DNA of 63,974 bases, filler included, from Octopus bimaculoides (taxonomy: Eukaryota), in the NCBI RefSeq assembly GCF_001194135.2. It is 7 parts of 6 records of this genome, joined end to end, with 100 filler letters (N's around TTAATTAATTAA, not from the genome) between each part and the next. Parts side by side here need not be neighbours in the genome. Positions count along the whole stretch, not along the records: positions 1 to 14,066 come from NC_068992.1; positions 14,167 to 31,565 come from NC_068992.1; 5 more parts are not named here. One strand, 5' to 3'. Position 1 is the first letter of the stretch. The number at the start of each line of letters is the position of its first letter. The notes under the pieces were generated by a model. That model worked only from the letters and a program-made list of their open reading frames with translations, was not told the origin of the DNA and did no database searches. Both the position numbers and the translations under genes were made by a program. Positions 10,986-23,850 of the stretch are shown piece by piece.

Positions 10986-13779
10986 AAAAGAAGTAACTAC
11001 AATTTGTTAGTTGAAGATTGCAATATGTCACATTTGCAGATAGCTATATGTATAGTACATTCTAATGATATGTTAAATATTTCAGAAATAGCAGCAGACG
11101 TATGTCGTTCCAACGCAATTTATCCAGCGATGAACATTACTGAGAAGGCAATTCAATGGCTTACATGTCGACGTTTGATAGCCAACGTGAGAGTAATAAT
11201 TCTGCACGGTTAATGAGCTACGGAGAAAGAACCGTCGGGAAGCGGTAGCATTGTTCCTGTCGATTCACCCGGATTTGATTCTACCGATAGTAATTCAACT
11301 AATGTACATGTGCGTAAGAGACTATTGTCACTTCCTGTTTCTATTGCAATTTACTTTCACTTTTTTACGACTGTAAGTTAACTGATGTATGAATCTCTTG
11401 CACTCATAGCGTTTTTTTTTTTTTTCCTTTTTATTCTGCTATTTGGTCTAGGACACCTTTTCTTATGGTGAGGGTGAGGCTTATGGGGATAATAAAAATA
11501 CTAAGTAGCCATATTTAATAAAATTACGATGGTATTTCTATAGCCGTGATTCTAAGAAATAAAAGGTCCGTAGACAAATTCATTTTTGTCCTCTCATTAA
11601 TAACGATGAGAGGTCTACAAATTTTCGCTAATATTTTGGGTGGCGGCGCTGATATTAGCCACTTCGATGACCGCTTGTCAAAAAAATTTGTGTTGTATTT
11701 CCCCCATAAAGTTGAGTAACCACTCGAGCTTTACAGAAAATCGGTATCTGATCGGAGCTGAAATATTGTCTGGTCCTGGAGATTTAACAATGATATTAAA
11801 TATGTGACTTCCACCATTGGAGATCATCTCAAAGGGAATCTCTACGTAGTCGCCCGAGTTAACGTGCATGTTACGTTAGGAAGTGAAAGTAAATTGCAAT
11901 AGAAAACTGAAGTGACAACAGTGACATCCCATAATTTCGTGTAAACAATGAGACATAACCAATGTATAAAACGTACATTGGAACAGTATTTCTAGTACTT
12001 CAGCAGCTACTTTTGAAATACTTAACATATTACAACGAAGGTACATATACATGTAGTTGCCTGCGGACGTGGCATAATGATGGAGTTCTTTATGTTCTTT
12101 TCATCTTTTATTTATGAAATTTAGGGATTGATATTTGTGGTTTGTATCGCAATTTACTTTCACATTTTTAGGACCATTTACTTTCACTTTTTTATACGAC
12201 TATAAACAGCAAGTTAATCAGAAATTCAGTGCCTTCCGCGACGCTGGTTAAACTCTTGGCTAAGTTCAAATCACGCAGAAATCAAGTTTGTTTTGTTTTT
12301 GCCTCGATGACCGTGGACACTCCAGCAATGACCATCCCACATTTTTCAGGTACTGTAGAGCCCGGGTTACATGGAATTCCTTTGGTATTGGTCTAGGGAG
12401 TGTCGTATGAGGAGACAACGTTATTCACCCTATAGCAGTAGTTTTTCCAACTCTATTTCCAATCACATGTAAATCACGAGTTTATTGTGTGCAGACCTCA
12501 TTTCAGCCAATTAGAACTTGTTGTTCACATAAGTTCTAGAATCTTCTTTCAACGAAGGCCTTAAATACAGAGCCTTTGGTGCGAGAAGGCCGAGTGAATT
12601 GGGACACGGTGCGTTACGGTCCCTGGTGAATTTCCCGCTCGTAGCTGTTTTCACAGCTTCATACTCAAACCAGCACGGTTCTCCTAATAGCTGTTTTTAC
12701 AACTCTATACTCAACTCGGAGATGGATGAAGAATCAACGCGGCCATACATAACTGCAGCGATGTGAAAAATCAGCCTAATCATCAATATATATAAGATCC
12801 CCAACACCTGTAAAACACGATGCTCATATAAGACTGACTCTGTATTCCATGAAGCCTCTTTTAAAAAAAAACCCAAAAAAAACAGTAATAAATTATGTAT
12901 AAATAACTGACAGCAAGCTTTTGTCATAACCAATGCTACAACCCTTTATTATACCCTAGTCTCTTTATCTATGGCATAAAAGAAGGGTGTGTGGGTGAAT
13001 GACGTCGTCCACCAATACCGAAAGATTACAGACTACAATGTTCAAAATTTCCTTTAATAATTTGGATTTTTTCGTTTTATATGGTAGAGTGAGATATGAG
13101 TGAAATTTAGCTGTTATTTCTAGCAGGTTGAACAACTACGTAGAGTCTCCCTCGTTAACTCGAATATACTGGAGTTGTTTCATGTGATTTTATTTCTCTC
13201 CTATCAAAAAAAAAACAAAAAAAAGTAAACAGAAAGAACGAGCCCCGGGTTTTGTATTGGATAAAAAAAAAAAAATCAATATTGTTGAAACGAACTAAAA
13301 TTAAGTGAAATAGGGATTACGTTCACGTCAAATCTTAAAAGGGTTACAAATGATAATAATAATAATAATGAATAAATAAATGGTTGAGGAAGAAAGTACA
13401 GCTAACATTCAGTAAAAAGACTGGATACAAGTCGGATCGATGGGGAAATGATTCAGAAATTAACGATCCGTAAGGAAGAATGATAACAGCATTGAAGGAG
13501 GAGGAAGAGGAAGAGGAGGAGGAGAAAGATTATATGTATAAGATCAACAAAGAGAGAGCGGGGGGAGAGAGAAATGGTGAGTGAAAGTGGTGTGCGGTGG
13601 AGGGGGAGGGGGGCTGCATAAAGAAAACTTGATAGGAAAGGAAAAGAGAGTTATCGACAAAACGGATGAAGAAAGGATTATGGGGGAAACAGGCAACGAA
13701 TGATTGAATGCGAGTTTGGATGGTGAGAGACGGAGAGTGAGCTAGTAACAGAGATGGAGAGAGTGAGTGAGAGAGTGAG

Positions 13780-14025
13780 AGAGAGACTGAGATAGAGACT
13801 GAGAGAGAGACTGACAGAGAGAGAGACTGACAGAGAGAGAGACTGACACAGAGAGAGAGACTGAGAGAGAGAGAGACTGAGAGAGAGAGAGAGACTAAGA
13901 GAGAGAGAGACTGAGAGAGAGAGAGACTGAGAGAGAGAGACTAAGAGAGAGAGAGAGACTGAGAGAGAGAGACTGAGAGAGAGAGAGACTGAGAGAGAGA
14001 GAGACTGAGAGAGAGAGAGAGAGAG
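13780..14025 (+). repeat. Compound (GA)n/GAGAGACT microsatellite
   Basis: Direct inspection. Confidence 0.95.
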
Positions 14026-14110
14026 TAAATAGATCCCAAAAGAAAAAAGTGCACAAAAACTGGTAANNNNNNNNNNNNNNNNNNNNNNNNNNNNNNNNNN
14101 NNNNNNNNNN

Positions 14111-14122
14111 TTAATTAATTAA
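14111..14122. other. Assembly pad TTAATTAATTAA inside N gap
   Basis: The identical 12-mer (stops in all six frames) is centred in N runs at 14111, 31610, 47109, 58954, 61195 and 62889. It is not biological. Confidence 0.95.
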
Positions 14123-14166
14123 NNNNNNNNNNNNNNNNNNNNNNNNNNNNNNNNNNNNNNNNNNNN

Positions 14167-14197
<31 letters not shown>

Positions 14198-14552
14198 TCG
14201 TATATATGTGAGTTGTAGTGATAACGGTACTCCTTTTCCCACCTTCCCACGTGATGAAGTGGTATGTGATATATCTCTAATCCTCTCTGAGACTTAAAAT
14301 GTATAGAGGTTAGACACCCTAGAACACGATAGAGTCCGAAAAAATAACATCGCACAAAATAAAGGCGTGCCCCTCCGCACACATATAGCGATATCAACAG
14401 TGAAGCCAAAAAATTAGCTGAACCCAGCAGGAGTCGATGTTGACTGTCTGTTCGAAGGTTTATATATAATCAGTAGAGTTCTTCCTTTGGTTTTGAAAAA
14501 TAGAAATATTATTTCTAAATCTCTTTAAAGGAGACTACGGCAGCAGTACTGG

Positions 14553-14812
14553 GTAGTAATAGTTATTGCTAGGCTAACATGGCAGTACCGAAAAATAGGA
14601 CGAATACTGCCGTTGATTAACTCCAAACTAGTCTGTGGATGTCTGAACCAGCATGGCGAAGCTGATGACCTCTCATTTTCGAAGGTTGTAATGGACACAG
14701 GTTTGTGTGTAACATAGCGATCTGGAGGCGATGGTCTCTTGGAGCTAATCAACGTCAGCATTCGTCCTATTTTTCTGGACAACCATGATAGCTTGGCGAT
14801 AACTATTAATAC
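14553..14812. mobile_element. Old MITE with ~74-bp diverged TIRs
   Basis: AGTTATTGCTAGGCTAACATGG..GAAAAATAGGACGAATACTGCCGTTGATTAACTCCAA (14561-14626) is mirrored at 14739-14805. Confidence 0.7.
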
Positions 14813-15029
14813 AAACGATATAATTAAACATATAATTATACATACTCAGAGAGACAGAGTCAGAGAGAAGGGAGAGAGGGAGAGAGAAAGAAAATAGGTA
14901 GAAAGGGAGAGAGGTGTGAGCATACATTTATGTATACACATATATTTATGTATGTAGACAATAGCTTGGTATGACTATATTTATGTAAACAGACAATAGT
15001 CCTACATCTGGTAGTCCTACATCTGGTAG

Positions 15030-16430
15030 TTCCTAAGGCCCTGGTTTCCGGTTTGAGGAGAGTGAAAACGCCCCTTAGACACTATTGTTCCCAGTCTACT
15101 CTTGCAAGTCTCTCTACGGTAGAATGCAGTCCCCGTATTCCCTGTGTGCCGTAAGAGGCGGGAGCCAAGGGACTGGGAATCCACTCCACCTAGTAATTTC
15201 ATATTCCTAAAAAGACAAGTAAAAGACAAGGGGGTGGGAGGAGGTTTAAAGCTAATCTCACTCTAGGATGTAGTATAAGTGATGTAAAGAGGCGAGAGGA
15301 AACAGATAGGGAGTGTGATGATGAGAAGTGTTGGCACTGAGCGAAATTAAGATGAAAGCTAAGGGAGAGTAACAGTTGGGGATGTGACCGTACGAGTGTC
15401 GGAAGTGAGAGTAGGGAGGGTTTGTCAGGGAGTGGCATTGCTAGTGAGTGAGCGTGTGAAGGAGAGTGGGATGGTGTGGAGGGAAGTGTCTTCAAGGATA
15501 ATGTGGGATAAGATGAGGTGAAGAGGGGAATTGTGTGTGTGTTTTAGTGCATAAGGTCCATGGAGAGAAAGGAACGAGGACGAAGTAGAAGAGTTCTAGA
15601 GGGACTGAGAGAGTGCGTGGATAGGGTGGAGAAAAGTGGTTATGTGGTGGTGTTGTGTGAATTGAATGCGTGGGTGGGAAATGAGGAAGTAGAAAATGTA
15701 GTAGGAAAATATGGAGGTCTTGATCGGAATAAGAATGGAAGGAGATTGTTATAAATGTGTATGGAGCAGGAATTGTTGGTGGAGAATAGCCTTTTTTAAA
15801 AAGTAGAATAAGTTCACATGGTGGAGGCTGGAACAATAGTGGATAGGGTCTTCATGGATTATGTATCAATTGAGGAGATAGTGGTAGGAAGGTTTGTGGA
15901 TGTGCATGTTATGAGAGGTGAAGAAGTGTCAGACCACTTCTTAGTAGAGGGTAAGTTGAAAGTATGCTCAAAATGGAATGGTAGACAAGTGACAGGGAGG
16001 AGATAGGTGAATAGGAACAGGTTAAGAAACAGGAGGTAGATGTGGAGGAGGAGTACTTCTGAGGTATGTGGTACACGAGTGGTTGGAATGGGCATGAGGA
16101 AATGTAGTGAGTGGTGGAATGAGCAGGTAAGGGATGCGGTGGCAGAGAAGAAGAGGACTTTTGAAGAGTCGTTGCAAAAGGAGGGGTGGAGAGGCTTATG
16201 AACGATACAGAAAATTGAAGAGGAGAGTAAGGAGAGTGCTGCGGGTGTCGAAATAGGAGGTGAGTGAAAGGTTCAGGAAAAAGTTGAGTGAAAATTTTGT
16301 AAGAAAAAAAAAAGGCTTTGGAAATAGGTACAATGGGTAAGAAAGGTGGTTGGAGGAATGAAAGAAAGGGTGAGGGTTGTAAATGGAAATTTATTGAAAG
16401 GAAATTTGTACAAAGGAGGTGCAGCAGAAG
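15030..16430 (+). mobile_element. RTE-clade LINE 5' part: 5'UTR, APE endonuclease and linker (no RT), decayed
   Basis: The 5'UTR motif GTGTGCCGTAAGAGGCG is present. The frameshifted translation reads LALSEIKMKAKGE..GDVTVRVS..GVALLVSE..WREVSSRIMW..LCELNAWVG..GKYG..NKNGRRLL..MDYVSI..DVHVMRG..SDHFLVEGKLKV..EWWNEQVRDAVAEKKR. Confidence 0.9.
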
Positions 16431-16499
16431 ACACTGTCGCACGTAGAGGAGACAGTACGGAGGATAGGAGAGCGGGTAAATGAGCATTGGCGCGAACTT

Positions 16500-17141
16500 A
16501 AGTAAGAGAAGAGCTCATTGGTTCTATACCAGTACACCGAACGGGAACACGAGATTCACTCAACAACATAGAAGTTAAAATCTCGTCCACACATAGAACG
16601 GACGTAACGCTTAGACAAATTACAATGCTTAGACAATTAAAAGCTACACACATAATCGAAGGTAAACGTAGACTAAGTAGAAAACTAGAATGGAACACTT
16701 CCACACACACCACAGCCTACGACAGAATAAGATGCCCATAAACTAATAATAACATTAAACTAATACAATATACAGATAAATAAATGGAATTGAATAATTA
16801 AATACATAAACAAAATATAATAAATTCAAGTAAATTAAATTAAAACAAGAAAAGAAGAAATGAAAAGTAAGTCGATAAAAACAAATTGATAAAGTAAATA
16901 AAATTAAATTAAACGAATGCTAATAATCAGGGGATACCGATAGTGCAGGTACTATACACATTCCCCCAACACACACACGTACTAAACATAGACACATAGG
17001 GATATACACATGCGCAAATAAAAAATATATACGACAGGAATACAAAACGGCAGATTGTTAGGAATGAGAGACACAACAATGAAAGAAGAAAGCAAAGGAC
17101 CACTGAAGAGGTCACAGAAGTGTGACGAAAGAACACTGGCC
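16500..17141 (+). mobile_element. Probable Penelope-like 3' end (endonuclease C-terminus, UTR, hammerhead-like motif)
   Basis: Open frame GSIPVH..TRDSLNNIEV..LRQLKATHIIEGK.RLSRKLEWN resembles a PLE endonuclease end. It is followed by CTGAAGA-G-GTCAC..GTGAC-GAAA at 17103-17130. Confidence 0.5.
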
Positions 17142-17381
17142 GAAATACAATTAATATGAAATATGGCTATAGCAAGTGAACGCTAAATATATTGTGCGCG
17201 GGTTTTCATTGGCTAAATTCGCAACATGACCATCCCCAAATACAACAATATATATATGTATATATACAATTATATTTACATGCAACATAAAAATACGGCA
17301 GAGAATACACATTTTCTTAAATCGACAGCTGCTTCAGGAAGCTCGGAATTATGTAATAATCTTAATGTTCATAATTTGCAG

Positions 17382-17441
17382 ATGGAATGTGCAAAACGTT
17401 TTGTGTACGCAACCGGTGTATAGTCTCACAGATATATTATT
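17382..17441 (+). CDS. Candidate 60-nt internal exon (unverified)
   Basis: CATAATTTGCAG| acceptor and |GTAAGT donor. Length is divisible by 3 and two frames are open (WNVQNVLCTQPVYSLTDIL or GMCKTFCVRNRCIVSQIYY). I recognised no homology. Confidence 0.2.
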
Positions 17442-19464
17442 GTAAGTCTGGCTTCCTTTATCAAGCGAAAATTGACAAAAGCAGTTCGTATAGAAGTGCG
17501 AGATATTTAAAAGGAGTGAGGAGGAAGAATAACTGCTAAAAACAGGGTGAGGGTGATTATTAGCAGCGTAAGAATGAGAACTGAGGAAGAGAAGAAGTGC
17601 AAGACAGGAAAGCGAGGAAAATTTCTATGACATTGTGGGCATGAATAGAGGTTTAATAAATGAAATGGTGAGACGGGGGAAAAATTTATGTCAACTTTAA
17701 TGTGATGAAAGGAAACGCCACTGGCGGAGGGCAATCTTACTTAGTAGAATTTAATTTACTTTAAATCACGTTCTCTACAACACCAAACCTGTGCTCAATT
17801 AACTGAACCTTCCACAAGACACCAACTAAGCCGCTTTGCGTGGAACCTACTAGCTACCCAACTGAATTCCACACTGTCCCGCCTGTTACTAATATTTGTA
17901 GTAGTATTAACCTCGGAAACCGTAACTACTTCAATAAAAGCAATCCTGGTTCTACTGCCCCTAGTTCTAGTAACCCTACCACATGTAAGTTGTGACAACT
18001 TTCCATGTCCATACTAGTAACGATATCACTTCTTTTGAGGATAACAGATTATATGAGTCAAATAAGTGCTAGTGGGAAAACCTGTAATTTTCGGATCCCC
18101 GTGTATATCTCTTAGATATTTATTTATGCTATATAGTCCTAAAGAAATTAGTGAAATAGCTCCACGTTCCGAAAAAGCTAGAGTCGAAATTGCTGCCATT
18201 GTCTATTTCAGTTGCCTCTACCGGTCCCACACTATAGACATGCCGCTACCGGTCCCAATACTATAGACATGTATTACCTCAAGTTTTGGAAAATTCTCTA
18301 TTGCTTATGCTATTTTTAATATATGGGCTTCCATGTACAATACTAAACACTGAATTTGCAACTTGTACTTCAGGAAACTGCTCTCTGTTAATCGGCATCA
18401 TAACTCCTCGTTACTCAATAGGTTCTCGGGCGTAATCTTATTTTGAATTTAACTCCACTTAGCCCTTTACGTAAATTCCTTTTAATTTCTTACAGATAGG
18501 TACCTATAAATCTGTCTGTCTGTCTATTTATCTATTTGTCTATCTATTTATATATATATCTCCCTTGTCCTGGAATCTCACCCCTCCTCCTCAAAGGACA
18601 AACAATGTTCTCCTATTCTAAACGAAACAGAAGAAAACATCTGATTTATATGGCTGATCAAACTGTTTGCACATTCACAATTTTATTTGACAAGTTCGAC
18701 AACGAACAAAAACGCTAATAGTAATGAATAAATAAAAAATATTTTTCCAAAATTCTGACGACCTCATTTTTTCTCAATATACAATATCTATACGCCACTT
18801 CTAACACACACACACTCTCTCTCTCCCTCTCTCTCACTCTCTCTCGCTCTCTCTCTCCCCCTCTCTCTTTCTCTCTCTCTCTCTCCACAGACACCTATAT
18901 ATATATTATTTAAAATTTGGTTGAAGCAACTGAATGGCTAAATGGCCGAGAGTTTCGTACGTTGGCACTTCGTATAGATACATATATATTTGAATTCCAC
19001 TTAAATGTGGATATTTTGTAAGAACACAAGAGACCGTAACATTTACAATGGAAGACATTTTTATATGGTCTTTTGGTGCTTATACGTTGTGTTATCTCTC
19101 AGTAGCGATGTAAGGAAGAGTGCTTTTATCACCCAAAACATGGTATGAGACGTTCTGTAATGCTGCTAAGTATGGCAGAATCCTGTGTTCTAACACAGCA
19201 TAGACTTTTAGTGGGGATAAATATTTACTGATAGCATTAATACTGCTTCTATCACTACTAATCATATATATTATGTATACCTATGTGTATCTTCATGTCT
19301 ATGATACATGTATTTAAATGCACACACACAGACTGAGTCACACACACTGACATACATATGGTGGTGGAAGAAGTATTACAGCGGGATTGCATACACATTC
19401 CTCAACACACCAGATTAAATGTAACAATAATTTTTGCATTTAGGCAGAAGACCACCAACTTCGG

Positions 19465-19750
19465 TACAGGGTTAAATCGATTACATCGACCCCAGTGTTC
19501 AAATAGTACCTATTTTATCGACACCCAAACTATGTAAGGTAAATTGACATTCGCACCATTTAAACTCAGAACATGACGGACGAAATCGCGCTAAACTCTT
19601 TGGCAGGCGTGCTAACGATTCTTTTCTGTTATAGACAAAAAGGCCTGAAATGTTTTCGAACCCAGTGTTTCACTGGTACTTAATTTATCGACCCCGAAGG
19701 GATGAGAGGCAAAGTGGACTTTGGCAGAATTTGAACTCAGAACGCAGCTC
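19465..19750 (-). mobile_element. Two adjacent Deu/Nin-type SINE fragments
   Basis: TACATCGACCCCAGTG..GGTACTT..TTTATCGACCCCGAAGGGATGAGAGGCAAAGT..TTTGAACTCAGAAC occurs twice. Confidence 0.75.
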
Positions 19751-20060
19751 GGCCTTTTTGTTGCATGTAAAGTGGTTTTTGCCTTTCTCAACCATATTCA
19801 CACAAAATAATCTATGGAATTAAAATCGCGGGTATTTGGAGGCCAGAAACTGGGACTGGTTAAATCGAAATTCTCTGACAATCACCTCTGAATCATTCCG
19901 AGTATCTTTCTGCCACACATATTCTTTTCCAGGCAGCAATTCTCTCCAGGCAGGGATAGACCACAGATATCGGTAGCTTCACAATCAGCTCAAATTAGGC
20001 TAATACCTGATCAAAGATAAAGGATGACATGACATCACCCTTGCTGGAGATATATCGTAA
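19750..20060 (-). mobile_element. Tc1/mariner superfamily (maT/DD37D-like) transposase remnant
   Basis: Minus strand with frameshifts: ISSKGDVMSSFIFDQ..VVYPCLERIAA.GKEYVWQKD..LSENFDLTSPSFWPPNT.DFNSIDYFV.NMVEK. This matches the xSSEGDVMPP..YVWQQD..WPPNSPDLNPLDY pattern. Confidence 0.8.
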
Positions 20061-22927
20061 TTCTATCACCTTCCTACTAGTCATGGCTTTATAGTCCCAG
20101 TTACAGCTTTCCACGTCAGATCTTACATATTTTACTTTGTTCCCACGACAATTAAAAGCGATCACAATATCGGTATTTAGATACCCAGCGGAAATCCTTA
20201 GGATACAGAGAAACACATTTACAATATTCAGATGGCTTCCAGCGCCGCATGTCAGATAAACTTTCCTCAACTACAACTTTATGTTTATGCTCTACAATAC
20301 ATCAAGCAGTTCCTTAACAAAAAAAAGAAAGAAACGGAGACAAAATTCATCAGGAAGAATCCGTATTATAAATTAATTTTGATTGGGGTGATCAAGGAAT
20401 ACATTTTGTGATTATATAACTTCCTTAATTGAAATAGTTTTTGGATAATACAGTTATAAAAATATATTATTTAATTTTGGTTTACAAAACCAATGTTTTA
20501 ATTAAATTATTATGACTTTTATATGATTATAAATAATTGTTTATTGATAGGAATATATATGTATATATGTGGATTATTTGTATTAATATTTCAATGAAAA
20601 CATATTTTAAATATTTTATTGGGTTTTGAAGTGGTGACATTAAGAGTTTTTTTCTAGTCAGAGACCACTGTGTCTTATAGCAGAATCAGCTCTAATCTAA
20701 TGACTTTCATAAGTTTATCGCTTATACTTTTTCCATCAGCTTTGTCTTACATATATACATATGTGTGTGTTTAAAGATAGAGAGAGAGAGAGGGGGGAGG
20801 CAAAGGAAATGAGGATGAGAGATAGATTAATAGCCAGATTGACTGAAATAGAATGAGATAAAATGAGAAAGGAATTTCCATGTGCTTGTCGAAATTTTAT
20901 CCTGTTACACGTGGGTTTATTCAACGAACGACAGACATGTTCAGTTTATGGGGGCGGGCCTATAAGATTATGATACACACATGTGTGTGTTTGTGTAAAT
21001 GGACTCTTCCCTTCTGAAATTTAATCAATACTTTTAAACTCTCGTTTTTGACATAAATGTTGCGCAATTATTTCCAGTAGATATGAAGCAAAATTTATGC
21101 TCAAGAAAGCGTTACTTCTCAACGGTTGTAAATCAATGTCGATGAAGAATTCCTCCATCAACTTAGGCATAATACTCATGAGACTATAACAATTGCATTA
21201 TATTTACAAATTAGAAATTTAAATTAAACGCTAAATAAATATTGTCGTTACTCATGAATTTGAGTTGAAGTATTCCAGGAGTATGAACCTTTTTCTGTAG
21301 TTGGATATTTGCTCTGAAAATGTCAAGACCTACCCCGCATTAGCTCTAAGATCAAAAACTAAGAATTATTGACTACTCAACGAAGGAATATATTACAGCG
21401 TATAATATTTATCTCCAAACGTCTGGGAACCCCATTTCACAAGCTAAAAGTCTAGTTCCAAAAGTGATGGTAATTTTTTTTTTTATGTAACTAATATCCA
21501 CTTAATATCTTCTAAAACGTATCTTCTATGCCCTGCCCCTGCTCATAGAATTAACGATTTATTTCCACCTCGGAAATCGACTATAATACAAGATTTCTTG
21601 CTCTATAAGGAAATATATTACTGTCAAAGAGTCATAACATACTAAAGTAGTATTTTCAGAAATTTCATAAATCCTATAACAAGAAATATAAAATGCAATT
21701 GGGGCGACATGAATCAGAATTCGCAATGTGTATCACAAAACAAACATGAGCTTTAATATAAGCACCAGTTAAATATATAGATATTTGGTAAGTAGTACCA
21801 TCATAGATGGGAAATTTTTTACTTAGCGCCATAATTAAGCTACACTGTTGATATTAATTCTGAGAGCGAAAATTCATTAAGAATAGACTATTCATATTTT
21901 ATGCTTAGGGAAAGTTAGGAGGTGAGGTGTCTCTTCTATAATTTTCATAACTTCGTGTTTTCAAATACAATATATATTTTCAAATTACTTCCACTGCTTT
22001 TCGCTCTCAGTGTAGTCATATGGCAAATATATAGAACAAATTTAGATGCATGCGCTAAATAGAGGACATACAGCTAAAGCAGTAAATATGAGAAATTTCA
22101 TTGAAAGGAAAAAATAATATGAAATAAAAAAAAGTTTTGTTTTACTAGGTCATTATTGTCTTACTTACAGGAATGTAGCATATAAAAAAAAATCAATGAA
22201 TTCATTTCTCAAACGTATACCCTGCGGTGTTTTAGTAAAAATGAAGAAAATATACATTGTATTTTGAAGATGTTCCGTGCAACGCCCCCAAATATATATA
22301 CGCCACATTATGCTTTAACTAAACATATCTTACTGTCAAATTTCTTTTCGCAGAGTTAGTAAAACAAATGAGATAAAATTTAGAAAAACCTGTAGAAAAG
22401 AACAGAAAGCATACAAATTATATGCATTTATTTTTGAAACTAGAATCCCAGTTGCTGAATATTCTACATGGCATGAACAAAATATTTGAATTCGTCTGTT
22501 TATTTTTTTTAGTCAGGTTTTTCTATATTTCTGCATTACTGAAGAGACGTATATGCATGTTTGTATGTATGTATGTATAGAAAGAGATATGTGTACATAC
22601 ATACAGTACGCACAAACAAACAAACACACGTACACAAATGTATGCATGTACCCATGAAGATATGTATATCTCTCATTCTTTCCATATACGTATATGGCAC
22701 TCATTATAAGCAAATATACCTGGTTAATAGTTACAATGATTACGGTGTCTATTGGGAAAATGTAATGAGTCCGCTGATCCGTTTTACATCACACACCATC
22801 AAAATAGAATCGCATGTATACTTTTATATACACTTATATAGCTATATTTTTATCTATCTGAGCATCAATCAATGCATCTCTCTCCCCTCTCTGTATACAT
22901 ACCTGTATACATGTGTATAAACATATG

Positions 22928-22985
<58 letters not shown>

Positions 22986-23816
22986 NNNNNNNNNNNNNNN
23001 NNNNNNNNNNNNNNNNNNNNNNNNNNNNNNNNNNNNNNNNNNNNNNNNNNNNNNNNNNNNNNNNNNNNNNNNNNNNNNNNNNNNNNNNNNNNNNNNNNNN
23101 NNNNNNNNNNNNNNNNNNNNNNNNNNNNNNNNNNNNNNNNNNNNNNNNNNNNNNNNNNNNNNNNNNNNNNNNNNNNNNNNNNNNNNNNNNNNNNNNNNNN
23201 NNNNNNNNNNNNNNNNNNNNNNNNNNNNNNNNNNNNNNNNNNNNNNNNNNNNNNNNNNNNNNNNNNNNNNNNNNNNNNNNNNNNNNNNNNNNNNNNNNNN
23301 NNNNNNNNNNNNNNNNNNNNNNNNNNNNNNNNNNNNNNNNNNNNNNNNNNNNNNNNNNNNNNNNNNNNNNNNNNNNNNNNNNNNNNNNNNNNNNNNNNNN
23401 NNNNNNNNNNNNNNNNNNNNNNNNNNNNNNNNNNNNNNNNNNNNNNNNNNNNNNNNNNNNNNNNNNNNNNNNNNNNNNNNNNNNNNNNNNNNNNNNNNNN
23501 NNNNNNNNNNNNNNNNNNNNNNNNNNNNNNNNNNNNNNNNNNNNNNNNNNNNNNNNNNNNNNNNNNNNNNNNNNNNNNNNNNNNNNNNNNNNNNNNNNNN
23601 NNNNNNNNNNNNNNNNNNNNNNNNNNNNNNNNNNNNNNNNNNNNNNNNNNNNNNNNNNNNNNNNNNNNNNNNNNNNNNNNNNNNNNNNNNNNNNNNNNNN
23701 NNNNNNNNNNNNNNNNNNNNNNNNNNNNNNNNNNNNNNNNNNNNNNNNNNNNNNNNNNNNNNNNNNNNNNNNNNNNNNNNNNNNNNNNNNNNNNNNNNNN
23801 NNNNNNNNNNNNNNNN

Positions 23817-23850
<34 letters not shown>

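Noticed and set aside
11678-11869. 63-aa ORF containing KSPGPDNI (LINE pre-RT-like motif)
   Set aside because: It is a single short motif with no supporting context; at most a decayed LINE scrap.
14111-14122. TTAATTAATTAA islands recurring six times
   Set aside because: They are synthetic scaffold pads within N runs, not a repeat family or CRISPR-like array.
15030-15200. Possible HDV-like ribozyme in the RTE 5'UTR
   Set aside because: It is expected for some RTEs, but I could not trace the nested double pseudoknot in this copy. It would need a descriptor search on the family consensus.
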